IMG/VR virus record: IMGVR_UViG_3300005330_000014
Coordinates: 144,234 to 208,233 of that record
Reading direction: 5' to 3' (one strand)
From: a virus
Lineage: Duplodnaviria > Caudoviricetes
DNA length: 64,000 bases
The translations under genes and the position numbers were made by a program. Each line of letters begins with the position of its first letter. Position 1 is the first letter of the stretch. A model generated the notes under the pieces. The model made no database searches, was not told the origin of the DNA, and worked only from the letters and a program-made list of their open reading frames with translations. Below, piece by piece: positions 10,169-19,799 of the stretch.

Positions 10169-10672
10169 ATGATTATAGAAACACACAAATCCGACACCCA
10201 AGATCAGATTTTCTTTTACGAACAAGATTTTTATTGTTTATCTAATTTTTCTTCATTTACCTTACAGTGGAAAGGGCTTAGATTTGATACTTCGGAAGCC
10301 ACGTATCATTGGGAAAAATTCTTAACTTATGAATCCGCGTCTATTTCCGAATTAGAAGTTATTCGTAAAAAAATCTCACTTGCTCCATCCGCTCACGAAG
10401 CATTTCAATTATCTAGAAAATATAAAGAGTTAGTTCGCCCAGATTGGGACAATGTTAAAATTGATATTATGAAAGAAATTTTATGGGCGAAAGTAAAACA
10501 ACACGAATATGTGCGCCAGAAACTTGTATCATCTGGCAATAGACAATTAATTGAAGATTCGTGGCGGGACGATTTTTGGGGTTGGGGACCAAATAAAGAC
10601 GGCAAAAATATACTTGGTGAGTTATGGATGATGATACGAGGAGAATTAGATAATCAAAATTATATAACTTAA
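10169..10672 (+). CDS. NADAR (YbiA-like) N-glycosidase
   Basis: LSNFS, TSEATY, RPDWDNVK, AKVKQH, DDFWG, GKNILG. Confidence 0.9.
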   Translation: MIIETHKSDTQDQIFFYEQDFYCLSNFSSFTLQWKGLRFDTSEATYHWEKFLTYESASISELEVIRKKISLAPSAHEAFQLSRKYKELVRPDWDNVKIDIMKEILWAKVKQHEYVRQKLVSSGNRQLIEDSWRDDFWGWGPNKDGKNILGELWMMIRGELDNQNYIT

Positions 10673-10681
10673 ATATATAAT
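10658..10681 (+). promoter_or_regulatory. AATTATATA motif plus TATAAT
   Basis: AATTATATA 10658-10666 (overlaps the NADAR 3' end); TATAAT 10676-10681; ATG 10685. Confidence 0.35.
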
Positions 10682-10684
10682 ATA

Positions 10685-10855
10685 ATGACAGAATTTGATA
10701 AAGCTAAACAAGAATTTCTAGATAACTACCTTGAAGAAAAATTTCCCGGGGAATTAAAAGAGTTATACGGGGACATTGTTGGAATTTTAAAAGCTGGATT
10801 TGAAGCTGGAATTAGATTTGTCGAAGATTACGAAGATATCAGAAGAGATAATTAA
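10685..10855 (+). CDS. Small hypothetical protein (56 aa)
   Basis: ATG 10685 to TAA 10855, abutting the next ATG. Confidence 0.55.
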   Translation: MTEFDKAKQEFLDNYLEEKFPGELKELYGDIVGILKAGFEAGIRFVEDYEDIRRDN

Positions 10856-11176
10856 ATGACTGACGCCCAATTTGAGAAACAACGATTTGATATAGTCAAA
10901 AACTACTTTGATTATTACAATATTTTGTGTCTTGAAGAAGATTTAGGATTATCTATAAGCTCGTCTGCGCCCGGCTTATATCATGTTTTTACTACCAAAG
11001 ACGATATTCTGACTCATCAATATAGTATTTCAGACGCCAAACTAAAAGAAATCTCGAAAAGTCTTAAATTAATTACGATTAAAAATATTTTCATTAGCAC
11101 AAAATTAAAATCGTATGAAGATAAATTAATGAAGAGATACGAAAATAATCCGCTGGATTGGGAACAAAGTCACTAA
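10856..11176 (+). CDS. Hypothetical protein
   Basis: 106 aa packed ORF. Confidence 0.55.
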   Translation: MTDAQFEKQRFDIVKNYFDYYNILCLEEDLGLSISSSAPGLYHVFTTKDDILTHQYSISDAKLKEISKSLKLITIKNIFISTKLKSYEDKLMKRYENNPLDWEQSH

Positions 11177-11182
11177 GTTTTT

Positions 11183-12034
11183 ATGAAAGTTTGCATCTTA
11201 GGTGGTGGATTTATTGCTAAAAACCTTATCAAATATCTTGAAAAGCAAAAAGATATTAATATCTTAGCTGTTGGATATGAAGCTGTTAATTCGCACGCTT
11301 CAATTAGATTCGACATTAGAAATTCTGACAGTATTGAATTGTGTTTTATAAATGGTCCTTATAATATTATTATAAATTGTACGGGTATTTCCAATTTTTC
11401 TAGCTGCGAAGATAATAATAATTATTCTTTTGATGTAAATTGTCATGGACCCCTTAATATTTTAGACTATATCCATTGTGATTCTCATACCACTCGTTTT
11501 ATTAACTTAGGAAGCATTCGAGAATTTGATTCTGATTCGTGGTATGCGCGCACAAAAAAAATATCTAGAGAAATCGTTGGGTATTATCGTGAACAAAAAG
11601 GCATGTGGGCCGCGCAATTATATTTACCTAATATAGTAGGAAAAGAACAGGATGCCGCGCGATTTGTTGTCCCTAAAGTTATTGATTTTGTTGAAAATTT
11701 TGCTAAAAATCCGGCGGACTCAAAACTCAAATTAGGGAATCTAGATTCTACACTTAATTTAATTCATGTGGATACAGCCTGTGAACTTATCTGGCGCGCG
11801 GCTCAATCGCAAACCCCTATAGACTACTTACTTACAGGAGAAAAAATTTTGTTAAAAGATTTTGTAGTTAAAATATTTCAAAAATTTGGCATACAAGATT
11901 GGGAAAATTACGTTGAAATTGACCAGTCATTAGTTCGCCCGAACGATAATCCTTATTATATAGAATTAGTTAAACATGCTTTAAAAAGTAATGATACGGT
12001 TGATGACATTATTAATAAGCTATGTCAGGCTTAA
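11183..12034 (+). CDS. NAD-dependent sugar epimerase/dehydratase (GDP-mannose dehydratase-like)
   Basis: VCILGGGFIA Rossmann start, YARTK (YxxxK), KLGNLDS, VEIDQSLVRP. Confidence 0.75.
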   Translation: MKVCILGGGFIAKNLIKYLEKQKDINILAVGYEAVNSHASIRFDIRNSDSIELCFINGPYNIIINCTGISNFSSCEDNNNYSFDVNCHGPLNILDYIHCDSHTTRFINLGSIREFDSDSWYARTKKISREIVGYYREQKGMWAAQLYLPNIVGKEQDAARFVVPKVIDFVENFAKNPADSKLKLGNLDSTLNLIHVDTACELIWRAAQSQTPIDYLLTGEKILLKDFVVKIFQKFGIQDWENYVEIDQSLVRPNDNPYYIELVKHALKSNDTVDDIINKLCQA

Positions 12035-12789
12035 TCGGAGTTGAATGGCGCGGTGGCAACAAATTAGGAGATAGACTTTGCCGAATTTCTCTTTTCGAGA
12101 ATTATTACAAGAATACAGGCGATAAATTAATTGATTTGATTGGCATGGAATATACTAAGTATAATCCTTATGTTTTACAAATCTCTGATATTCACCCCAA
12201 TACTTTATCTAGAATTGAAAAGCGGTGCTTATGGAATTATCCGCCGCGTGCCGTTCCTTTTGATTCGTTTAAAACGATGGCGCACGAAGTTTGTGCCCGA
12301 TGGGATTTGCCAGTTTGTTATTTAAATAGGTCGCGCTTATATAAATACGAAGATTCGATTAAGTTTCCTAGAAGTTTAGTTATCAACACTACGGGGCGTG
12401 GACACGGCGCAATTCCCCTACATGTTATTAAACATATTCGAGAAGCTTATAAAAATTATACAATTATACAAATTGGTGGTTTGACTGATATTGACGCGGG
12501 CGCGGATTTAGATCGGCGCGGCTGTGATTTTTGGGAATCTGCTAAATACATGAGTGAATGTGAAATCGCTATCATTCCAGATAGTTTTTGTTATTGGCTT
12601 TCCAAGTGTTATAGAATGCATCGTAAAGTTATACTAACTAACTTATCCGCCGAGAATTGTGAAAAGTTCTTACCGCGCGGCTATCATATTGATAATTGGG
12701 AACAAGATTGGTGGCTAGAGTTAGATGCTGAATTTTACAATATTTACGAACAAGACTTTGGCATAACTAAATCCTATTTATCAATCTAA
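12022..12789 (+). CDS. GT9-like glycosyltransferase
   Basis: NKLGDRL, IIQIGG, IAIIPDSFCYWLSK. Confidence 0.55.
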   Translation: MSGLIGVEWRGGNKLGDRLCRISLFENYYKNTGDKLIDLIGMEYTKYNPYVLQISDIHPNTLSRIEKRCLWNYPPRAVPFDSFKTMAHEVCARWDLPVCYLNRSRLYKYEDSIKFPRSLVINTTGRGHGAIPLHVIKHIREAYKNYTIIQIGGLTDIDAGADLDRRGCDFWESAKYMSECEIAIIPDSFCYWLSKCYRMHRKVILTNLSAENCEKFLPRGYHIDNWEQDWWLELDAEFYNIYEQDFGITKSYLSI

Positions 12790-13142
12790 TGAATACGGTT
12801 AATGGTCGTTTTGATTTACTTTGTTTAAAAGGATCAACTACTGAGATTTTAGATTTTGGTTCGGGCGCGCGAAATAAGATTGTAATATCTAATCAAAAAG
12901 TTCCCTTTACTACCTTTTTCATATCACCAAATATTTACATACTCCCAGACCACTTCTATATATTACAAAATGACAAACTTATTAAAGTAAATGAATTAAT
13001 TTCCAAATCGGGTGGCTTCATTTTAGACAAATTCGGGCGGACGAAATCATATATTTTGGTAGACAAACAAGAAAATAACATTGGAATTCCTGATATTGAT
13101 ATTTGGTATGACGGAGATTTAGTAATTAGAAAAAATATTTAA
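12789..13142 (+). CDS. Hypothetical protein
   Basis: 117 aa packed ORF. Confidence 0.55.
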   Translation: MNTVNGRFDLLCLKGSTTEILDFGSGARNKIVISNQKVPFTTFFISPNIYILPDHFYILQNDKLIKVNELISKSGGFILDKFGRTKSYILVDKQENNIGIPDIDIWYDGDLVIRKNI

Positions 13143-13146
13143 AGTA

Positions 13147-13587
13147 ATGAATAATCGTATTAAGTTTAGAATTTGGGACAAAGTAGAAAAAGAGTGGCTT
13201 GATCCCGATAGTTTCGCTTTATCAGGAAACGGAAATGGATTATTGTTTAAAGATTATAATGAATGGATACAATTTAATTCTGAAGATTTTGAGATTCAAC
13301 AGTTTACAGGTGAATATGATAGTAAAAATATTCCGATTTATGAGGGCGATATTATGGCTTCGCGCGGGAACTACATAACCGATGAACTTGATAAAAATGG
13401 TAAATTCCCTGACTTATTTTGTGTTGTTGTTTGGAATAAAAATCATACTAGATTTGGTTTAAAAGCAATTGAAGACTATAAGGATTATGATCCAAATGGG
13501 GAATTTAGCCATGTTTGGACATGTTATCTTTCGACTTTCAAAGAAGTAATTGGCAATATTTATGAAAACCCGAAACTGCTTAAATAA
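13147..13587 (+). CDS. YopX family protein
   Basis: IKFRIWD...QQFTG...IYEGDI...VIGNIYENP. Confidence 0.85.
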   Translation: MNNRIKFRIWDKVEKEWLDPDSFALSGNGNGLLFKDYNEWIQFNSEDFEIQQFTGEYDSKNIPIYEGDIMASRGNYITDELDKNGKFPDLFCVVVWNKNHTRFGLKAIEDYKDYDPNGEFSHVWTCYLSTFKEVIGNIYENPKLLK

Positions 13588-13890
13588 ATGAGTGAAGAAC
13601 AAGGCAGTAGTTTCACTATTTTTATAGGTGGGAAGCCGCCCGATCCTGTGCCTGCCGAAAATGAACCTAATAATATTGGGGAAATCAACCGACAAGCACA
13701 AGCTGGTAATATTGACTTTGCTAAATGGTGGACATGCAAATGGAAATCGGGTATCGAAAAAAGAGTTATAAAAAGTTGCTGCGGTCGTAGTGAAGAAGTT
13801 CTAACTATCGCATGTAACAAACTCGAAATAACTATGTTGACCCCCTTGATATGTGCAAGGTGCTCTCACCATTCTCCAAAAGACATTTAA
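13588..13890 (+). CDS. Cys-rich hypothetical protein
   Basis: KSCCG, IAC, CARC. Confidence 0.55.
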   Translation: MSEEQGSSFTIFIGGKPPDPVPAENEPNNIGEINRQAQAGNIDFAKWWTCKWKSGIEKRVIKSCCGRSEEVLTIACNKLEITMLTPLICARCSHHSPKDI

Positions 13891-13898
13891 TAACAACT

Positions 13899-15035
13899 AT
13901 GAGTAAAGCTAAAGAAAAAAATAAAGAGGAAGAAACAGACGAAAAAGTTTTAACACCACAGCAGCAAGCCGCCGCGTTATTTAAAGGTAATAAAACAGAT
14001 ATTTACAACCACGAAGCAGATCATCATTCTCAAACTCCATCTTCTAGTTTGATTATGAATTCTATTATGGGTGGTGGATTGCCTTCGGGCGCGTCCCGTG
14101 CAATCGGCAATAGTTCCGGCGGCAAATCTTCTTGTTCTCTGGATTTTATGTTTCATTTCTTGCAGCAAGTTACTAAACGTAAAGGCGTTTACGCCGACGC
14201 GGAAGGAAAACTAAACAAAAATATTAGAGAACGTTCTGGTGTTAAATTCGTGACTGATCCCGAGTTATGGGAAGATGGAACTTGTTTAATTGTTCAAACT
14301 AATGTGTTTGAATTTTTATTCTCCTTTATGGGGGATTTAATGAGAAACAATCCAACTGATACTAAATATTTCTTTATTGTTGATTCAATTGATATGTTAG
14401 CGCGGCGCGATGACTTGCTTAAAAATATGGAAGATTCAGCCAAGGTTGCGGGCGGAGCAGTTTTAACTTCAGTATTTTTAAAACAAACTTCAGCGGCGAT
14501 GGCAAAGCGCGGACATTATTGCGTATTTATTTCTCAAGTTAGAGATGCGGTAAAAATTGACCCGCGCCAAAAAACGGATACTAATAAACAAGGAAAAGCG
14601 TCGGGCGGACATGCGTTAGAACATGCCCCTGAATGGGTATTAGATTTTCAACCTAGATATCAGGATGATATAATCAGGGAAGATGACAATGACAAGAAAT
14701 CTAAACCATTAGGACATTATTGCAGAATTAACATTGTTAAATCGAATAATGAGACTTACGGACAAGAGATTAGATATCCAATTAGATATGGGCGCACAGG
14801 CGGCACTTCTGTTTGGGTGGAAAAAGAGATTGCAGACTTTGCTTTAATGTGGAATTTCGCCAAAAAAGAGAAAAGCTCTTATTACTTTTCAGACGAATTA
14901 AAACAAGAATTTGCCGATAACAATATAGAAATCCCTGAAAAATTCGTTGGAATTAATAAGTATATGCAATTTTTTGAAGACCGCGCGGACGTAACCAGTT
15001 TTCTTTACAAAAAATTCACCAAACTCTTAGGGTAA
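13899..15035 (+). CDS. recA: RecA/UvsX-like recombinase
   Basis: GNSSGGKSS Walker A, FIVDSI, FISQVR, SGGHALEH; start moved to ATG 13899. Confidence 0.85.
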   Translation: MSKAKEKNKEEETDEKVLTPQQQAAALFKGNKTDIYNHEADHHSQTPSSSLIMNSIMGGGLPSGASRAIGNSSGGKSSCSLDFMFHFLQQVTKRKGVYADAEGKLNKNIRERSGVKFVTDPELWEDGTCLIVQTNVFEFLFSFMGDLMRNNPTDTKYFFIVDSIDMLARRDDLLKNMEDSAKVAGGAVLTSVFLKQTSAAMAKRGHYCVFISQVRDAVKIDPRQKTDTNKQGKASGGHALEHAPEWVLDFQPRYQDDIIREDDNDKKSKPLGHYCRINIVKSNNETYGQEIRYPIRYGRTGGTSVWVEKEIADFALMWNFAKKEKSSYYFSDELKQEFADNNIEIPEKFVGINKYMQFFEDRADVTSFLYKKFTKLLG

Positions 15036-15036
15036 A

Positions 15037-15450
15037 ATGAAATTCTATTCAATTCACGGCAAATTAGTCACTGTTAATGTGTCTAAATATCGCGTGGATT
15101 GGCAAAGAAAAGTCAGCGCGCCACAATTTGCCGCAAAATCCTTCTTATTTCCGTACTGGAGAAATGATATAGTATTGGAGGAATTAAGGATTCCCGGCAG
15201 TTTGTTTAGAATTGATTTGGTTAATTTAAGTAAAAAAGTAATAATTGAAATTAGTCCCCGCTCCTTACACGTTAATTATAACAAATTTATGCATAGAAAC
15301 CGGGCTGGCTATCTCAAGAAAATTAAAAGTGACGCAGAAAAACTAAAATGGGCAGAAAAATCAGGGTTTAAATTTGTAGAATTCTACGATGAAGACCTTG
15401 CCAATCTTTCTCCAGAGTATTTAAAAGAAAAATTTGATTTAGATTTATGA
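15037..15450 (+). CDS. PD-(D/E)XK / DUF559-like endonuclease
   Basis: RIDLV...IIEISP...H...D.EK..WAE..G...VE. Confidence 0.55.
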   Translation: MKFYSIHGKLVTVNVSKYRVDWQRKVSAPQFAAKSFLFPYWRNDIVLEELRIPGSLFRIDLVNLSKKVIIEISPRSLHVNYNKFMHRNRAGYLKKIKSDAEKLKWAEKSGFKFVEFYDEDLANLSPEYLKEKFDLDL

Positions 15451-15662
15451 CTAATGAAGAATTAAGGGAATTGACGGGTAAAGTTGAGATAGAAGATATG
15501 TTAACTCATTTTCTATATCTGTTAGTCCGCGATTATTTACCTGCCGGAATAATTGAAGAGTTGGTCAGAAAAACGGAAAAAAATAAAATTCTATATACTA
15601 ATGGATATTTAGCTAAATATGCAGAATTGCTATCCAATAGATTAAAAGATAAAAATGTGTAA
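15447..15662 (+). CDS. Hypothetical protein
   Basis: 71 aa, ATGA overlap. Confidence 0.55.
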   Translation: MTNEELRELTGKVEIEDMLTHFLYLLVRDYLPAGIIEELVRKTEKNKILYTNGYLAKYAELLSNRLKDKNV

Positions 15663-15665
15663 ATA
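15657..15665 (+). promoter_or_regulatory. GTGTAAAT[AT] putative late promoter
   Basis: GTGTAAATA overlapping a stop codon, upstream of ATG 15694. Confidence 0.45.
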
Positions 15666-15693
15666 TTGATAGCTTTTTAAAATTTACGAAATT

Positions 15694-15984
15694 ATGCCCA
15701 AAAAATTTAAAGACCCGGCGGATCAACCATTCCAATTCCCCCAAGCATTGCTAAAGTCCATCGACGAATGCAGCCCAGAAGCATTTATGTTATTTTATAT
15801 TGACGCTCATGGAGAACCAGTAGTAGCCGCCAATTTCAAAAATTCAATTAATGAATTGGGTTTAAGGAGTTTCGTTACTAACTTCATCGAATCCATAAAC
15901 CAAGCGGAGGAAATTTCTTCGACCCAAAATCTTTTAGCTTCAGATCGTCCGCCCGAAGATTTTGAAGAAGATAACGAAGAGTAA
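15694..15984 (+). CDS. Hypothetical protein with acidic tail
   Basis: 96 aa ORF. Confidence 0.6.
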   Translation: MPKKFKDPADQPFQFPQALLKSIDECSPEAFMLFYIDAHGEPVVAANFKNSINELGLRSFVTNFIESINQAEEISSTQNLLASDRPPEDFEEDNEE

Positions 15985-15996
15985 AGGTTTAGTCAA

Positions 15997-16007
15997 AATT
16001 ATATAGT
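15997..16007 (+). promoter_or_regulatory. AATTATATA motif with TATAGT; leaderless geometry
   Basis: TATAGT 16002-16007; GTG at 16014. Confidence 0.5.
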
Positions 16008-16013
16008 TTTGGA

Positions 16014-16400
16014 GTGAAGAAGCCTCCAAAGCCGAGCAAAGCCCCGGCACCGTTCAGTAAAGAGCGAAAAGATTTAATCAAAAAACTCATATCTAAGATA
16101 GATTACACAGTCTTTCCTAGAGAAATGAAAATGGCGGGACAACTTTTCGAGTTAATCCCCGATGCTGCTTTTTGGGCGCAATTCGAGCCGCCAAAATTTA
16201 TCGGAGAATTAGATAGTTTAAGAATTTTCATGGGAGAATGGGGGCAAGACTATCTTCGTAAACAATTCAATTTGTACAATCATATAAAAGAGAATGAGAT
16301 TGTAAAACCAATTGAGCCGCGCGGCCTTAAAGTCGGCGAAGATTACAAAATCATTCCTAAGTCAAAACAATCTAATTTACTAGAATTTTTAAAAAGCTAA
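16014..16400 (+). CDS. Hypothetical replication-associated protein
   Basis: Directly upstream of dnaB; C-terminus KQSNLLEFLKS. Confidence 0.55.
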   Translation: MKKPPKPSKAPAPFSKERKDLIKKLISKIDYTVFPREMKMAGQLFELIPDAAFWAQFEPPKFIGELDSLRIFMGEWGQDYLRKQFNLYNHIKENEIVKPIEPRGLKVGEDYKIIPKSKQSNLLEFLKS

Positions 16401-16404
16401 AGTA

Positions 16405-17841
16405 ATGTCATTACAAATTAAAAACAGACTCGAAACAGAACGGCAAAGCCTTGCGGCATTAGTCCAATACCCTGAAATTTTTCCTGATATTGATGCAGTA
16501 GTTAAAGAAAATTTTTACTCAAATAAACTAAATCAAGTAATTTTTGGGATAATTAAAACAACCATTCTCGCTAAAGAGCCGTTGGATAAGTTTACAATTG
16601 CCAATAAAATTGCAAATCTTAACTTAACTTTTGAAGTTGATGTTTATGGTTACTTGGAAGCTCTTGAAATAATTCAAATAAATAAAGCCGCCGCGCTTTC
16701 TTACTTCAAACAGTTGGCAACTATTTGGGGAAAAGAGCAGATTTACAAGCAAACCGAAGGAATTCAAAAGTATTTAAATAATACAGGAAATGATAGTTTC
16801 GATAGAATTATTGCTAATACTGATTCTTTATATAGTGAAATTACTAACAGCTTTCATTTAAACAATGAGCCGCAGGATTTATTTGAAGGAACAAAAGAAT
16901 ATATTGAAGAATTAGGTAATTTAGACGGGTCGGAAGAAATTAAGTTTCCGTTCCCCCGCTTCCATAGATATTACGGCGGGTTAGAGCCGGGATTAATTTT
17001 GTTTGTTGCCGGTTTTAAAGTCGGAAAGTCGTGGTGGCTACTTAATCTCTTGAAAAGAGCTTGCACTGATAATAATGATGTTGAAGGCTTGTATATTGAC
17101 ACTGAAATGTCTACTAAGGAGGTTAAACGCCGGGCGGTAGCAGAATTGGCTCAAATTAATGAGTATTATTTAAGACATGGGTGGAGAAATGACAAAGAGT
17201 TATGTGATAAAGTCCGCGCGGTGTGGCCGAAAATTGAAGCATGGTTTGGCAGAATGCAACATCTATATGTAGGTAATATTTCTAGCGAAGAAACTGAATC
17301 AATTATCCGCCGATGGGTTTGGAAGAAACGGGCGGAAAAACCGGGGATCAAGCCAGTTATTTTCTATGATTACTTTAAGTTACATGATGGTGATTCTATT
17401 AAAGATGCTTTTGCTAGTTCAATGGTTTTAGGTTACAAAGTAGATAGATTAAAGAAAATTTCCCAAGAGCTACAAATTCCAATCGTCGCGGCGGCGCAAA
17501 CAAATGCGGAGGGTAACGTTGGATTAAGTAGAGAAATACCTAAATTTGTCGATAGTGCTTATAAACTAAGGCTGAGAAGCACTGAAGAAATTGAGGATGA
17601 AGGCGGGCCAGCAACTCATAAAATTGAAAGTATTTGTAATAGAAGTCTCGGCCCCGAAATGAAACAGTTTAATGATAAGGTTAAAATTGGTAAAGACAAG
17701 GAAGGAAAAACAATTTGGCGGGAAAATGCAATACTTTACAAATTCAAAGACTTTCGAGTGGAAGAACTTAATACGGTCAAAGAGCAAATGAGTCTTCAAT
17801 TAATGTCAAATAAAAGAAAAGATTCGGGGGAGATACTATAA
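16405..17841 (+). CDS. dnaB: Replicative DNA helicase (DnaB family)
   Basis: DnaB N-domain (ERQSLAALV), AGFKVGKS Walker A, YIDTEM, FYDYF, VAAAQ. Confidence 0.85.
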   Translation: MSLQIKNRLETERQSLAALVQYPEIFPDIDAVVKENFYSNKLNQVIFGIIKTTILAKEPLDKFTIANKIANLNLTFEVDVYGYLEALEIIQINKAAALSYFKQLATIWGKEQIYKQTEGIQKYLNNTGNDSFDRIIANTDSLYSEITNSFHLNNEPQDLFEGTKEYIEELGNLDGSEEIKFPFPRFHRYYGGLEPGLILFVAGFKVGKSWWLLNLLKRACTDNNDVEGLYIDTEMSTKEVKRRAVAELAQINEYYLRHGWRNDKELCDKVRAVWPKIEAWFGRMQHLYVGNISSEETESIIRRWVWKKRAEKPGIKPVIFYDYFKLHDGDSIKDAFASSMVLGYKVDRLKKISQELQIPIVAAAQTNAEGNVGLSREIPKFVDSAYKLRLRSTEEIEDEGGPATHKIESICNRSLGPEMKQFNDKVKIGKDKEGKTIWRENAILYKFKDFRVEELNTVKEQMSLQLMSNKRKDSGEIL

Positions 17842-17844
17842 GTT

Positions 17845-18912
17845 ATGAAAATTCAGATTAATAATCCTCTAAACGGTAATACTCATACGGCATGGCATGA
17901 ATGTACAACTCCAGACTGGTTTTATCGCAAATCTAGCTTAACACATTCTTCGCGGACGTATAAAGATTCGGTCTTTGGGATTAAAGATATACAGCAATTT
18001 TGCAAACAGTTTGGATTTTCTCAAATTGACGAAGATTGTCTTCGTTTTCAAGATAGTAAGTGTAATTGGGGAGAATCTTGGTGGAGCGATAAATATCAAA
18101 CATGTTTAACTTGCTATTTGAATAATAACGAAAAACATTATAACACGGTCAAATTGTTATATAGTTTAGAATGCAAATCTCAAAAGTTAATAGATTCTCT
18201 AGATAAAATATCCCGCCCTTTAAAATCTAAAGAGAATTTCATAAATCTGATTACTACTTCAAATATGGGTGGATTTACCCTTAAGCCTCTAGAAATCAAA
18301 AAACAAGACAATATTGATTTAACTTTAAACTACAATCAAGGATTCGACAAAGTAGACAAACAAATTAAGTCGATTTTGAATAGCGATGAAAACGGAATTT
18401 TGATTCTAAATGGGCAACCGGGCACCGGGAAAACGTCCTATATTCGCTATCTTCTTTCGGTTTTAAATAAGAAAGTTATTTATATCCCGCCGAACATGGT
18501 GGAAAAGATATCTGATCCTTCTTTAGTTACTTTCCTTTTAGATCATCCTGATTCAATACTTTTAATTGAAGATGCAGAAGAGGCAGTAATCGCGCGCGAG
18601 GATAATGTCAGAACGCAAAGCGTTTCTAATTTACTTAACTTAAGTGATGGGATTCTAGGAGACTGTTTAAGAATGAAGATTCTTTGCACATTTAATGTTG
18701 ATATTCACCGTATTGATGACGCTCTTTTAAGACGTGGCAGATTAAAGATAAAATACGAATTCAAGCCTTTAAGTATTGAAAATTCAAATAAGTTACTGAA
18801 ATCATTAGGCAAGGATTGTATTGTTGATAAGCCGTCCACGCTTGCTGAGTTATACAATATCACTTCAGACAATTTATACAAACCCAAAGAAACTCAAAGA
18901 TTAGGATTCTAA
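17845..18912 (+). CDS. AAA+ ATPase
   Basis: GQPGTGKTS, LLIEDAE, LLNLSDG, TFN, ALLRRGR. Confidence 0.85.
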   Translation: MKIQINNPLNGNTHTAWHECTTPDWFYRKSSLTHSSRTYKDSVFGIKDIQQFCKQFGFSQIDEDCLRFQDSKCNWGESWWSDKYQTCLTCYLNNNEKHYNTVKLLYSLECKSQKLIDSLDKISRPLKSKENFINLITTSNMGGFTLKPLEIKKQDNIDLTLNYNQGFDKVDKQIKSILNSDENGILILNGQPGTGKTSYIRYLLSVLNKKVIYIPPNMVEKISDPSLVTFLLDHPDSILLIEDAEEAVIAREDNVRTQSVSNLLNLSDGILGDCLRMKILCTFNVDIHRIDDALLRRGRLKIKYEFKPLSIENSNKLLKSLGKDCIVDKPSTLAELYNITSDNLYKPKETQRLGF

Positions 18913-19799
18913 TGGAAGTTGAATTAGAACATTTTGATATTAAAGACTTTTTAAGATCGAATGGTTATCCCGTACGTGATTCCGGCGGCCAATGGATTCA
19001 GTCTGTTTGTAAATATCGCGGTGGACAAAAATTCAATTTAAGTATCAACAAACTTTCAGGTAAATGGGTGGATTTCGTAACAGGTCAAAAAGGAACAATC
19101 AACGAATTAGTTAAAGTAATTGGCGGCGAATATCAAGATGTTAGTTTTGAGCATTTTACCAATGAACCAAAGCTAGATTTACCCAAAAAATTCGACAAAT
19201 CAATACTAAATTATCTAGAAAAGGATCATAGTTATTGGGTGAATAGGGGAATTAGCCGCGCGGTTTGCGAGGATTTGGGCGGAGGTATTGCTGACCCCGA
19301 GAAACTACCCAAACTTAAAAACAGGTATATTCTGCCAATTATAGGATTAAAACAAGAATTAGCAGGCTTTACGGCGCGCTATATAGGTAATAGTAAATCT
19401 AAATCAATTCCCAAATACAAACATATAGGAGAAAAGAGCAAATGGATTTGGCCACGCGCCAACTCTATAGATGAAACCAAAAGAGTAATATTAGTAGAAT
19501 CCCCGGCTTGTTGCATGAGTCTTATGACTTGCGGGATTAATGATTCTTTGTGCTTATTTGGGGTTAAGCTGTCTGGTACTATTATCAATTATCTTATTGG
19601 TTTGTCGGTAAATCATATAGTTATATCAACAAATAACGAACCTGATAATGAAAGTATAGGCAATCGGGCGGCTCAGGATATCAAAGATCAACTAAGCAAC
19701 TATTTTGATAATGTTGAAGTTCGATTACCCTCTTTAAAAGATTTTAACGAAATGATTTGTAAAATGGATAAACAATCAATTATAGAATTACTAAAATGA
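18912..19799 (+). CDS. dnaG: DNA primase (DnaG-like, TOPRIM)
   Basis: CKYRGG zinc-finger remnant, GFTARY, KYKH, LVES, KDFNEM. Confidence 0.75.
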   Translation: MEVELEHFDIKDFLRSNGYPVRDSGGQWIQSVCKYRGGQKFNLSINKLSGKWVDFVTGQKGTINELVKVIGGEYQDVSFEHFTNEPKLDLPKKFDKSILNYLEKDHSYWVNRGISRAVCEDLGGGIADPEKLPKLKNRYILPIIGLKQELAGFTARYIGNSKSKSIPKYKHIGEKSKWIWPRANSIDETKRVILVESPACCMSLMTCGINDSLCLFGVKLSGTIINYLIGLSVNHIVISTNNEPDNESIGNRAAQDIKDQLSNYFDNVEVRLPSLKDFNEMICKMDKQSIIELLK

